64,000 nt of DNA from Podarcis erhardii (Eukaryota), in NCBI GenBank assembly GCA_964252035.1, contig OZ176203.1. The stretch is one strand, 5' to 3'. Shown one piece after another: positions 63,881 to 64,000 of the stretch (its first letter is position 1; each line of letters starts with the position of its first letter). The notes under the pieces are model-generated. The model made no database searches and was not told where the DNA came from. It worked only from the letters and a program-made list of their open reading frames with translations. A program made the position numbers and the translations under genes.

Positions 63881-64000
63881 TTATTATTTATACCCTGCCC
63901 ATCTGGCTGGGTTTCCCCAGCCACTCTGGGCGGCTTCCAACAAAACACTAAAATACAATAACCTATTAAACATTAAAAGCTTCCCTAAACAGGGCTGCCT
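63838..64000 (-). mobile_element. Young L2 3' end with (AAT)n tail, running off the window
   Basis: ccctgcccatctggctgggtttccccagccactctgggcggcttccaac, same family as the other young L2 copies. Confidence 0.9.

Noticed and set aside
321-63948. The many 60-190 aa ORFs in the six-frame track as host genes
   Set aside because: None shows a recognisable domain apart from retroelement fragments. Many start at non-ATG codons or cross microsatellites or gaps, and this density is expected by chance.
1-64000. Retroelement strand bias as a clue to host gene orientation
   Set aside because: My count is roughly 16 minus versus 11 plus, too weak to infer a transcription direction.

Overview
AT-rich vertebrate non-coding DNA (long intron or intergenic region). 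The repeat families (Sauria SINE, young L2 with (AAT)n tails, CR1, tRNA-derived SINEs, short hAT and Tc1/mariner MITEs) point to a squamate, probably a lacertid lizard; this is an inference. I recognise no host protein-coding exon, tRNA or rRNA gene. The only recognisable protein-coding sequence is retroelement-derived: an L2 reverse transcriptase at 32.8-34.1 kb, plus L2, CR1 and RTE C-terminal fragments. The window holds many mobile-element remnants, several nested with intact target-site duplications (TSDs), four solo-LTR-like elements, microsatellites and two assembly gaps. Most interesting: (1) a Penelope-like cassette at 28.25-28.90 kb with a minimal type I hammerhead ribozyme, inverted and direct repeats, nested in a hAT MITE, with an unexplained identical inverted copy of one segment outside the MITE; (2) a double-hairpin motif whose structure is conserved across three otherwise divergent LTRs; (3) a solo LTR that is about three-quarters open reading frame, encoding an acidic/Ser then Arg-rich peptide; (4) two long inverted repeats (17.2-17.6 kb and 24.22-24.29 kb). 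All element names come from pattern recognition and have not been checked against Dfam or Repbase.
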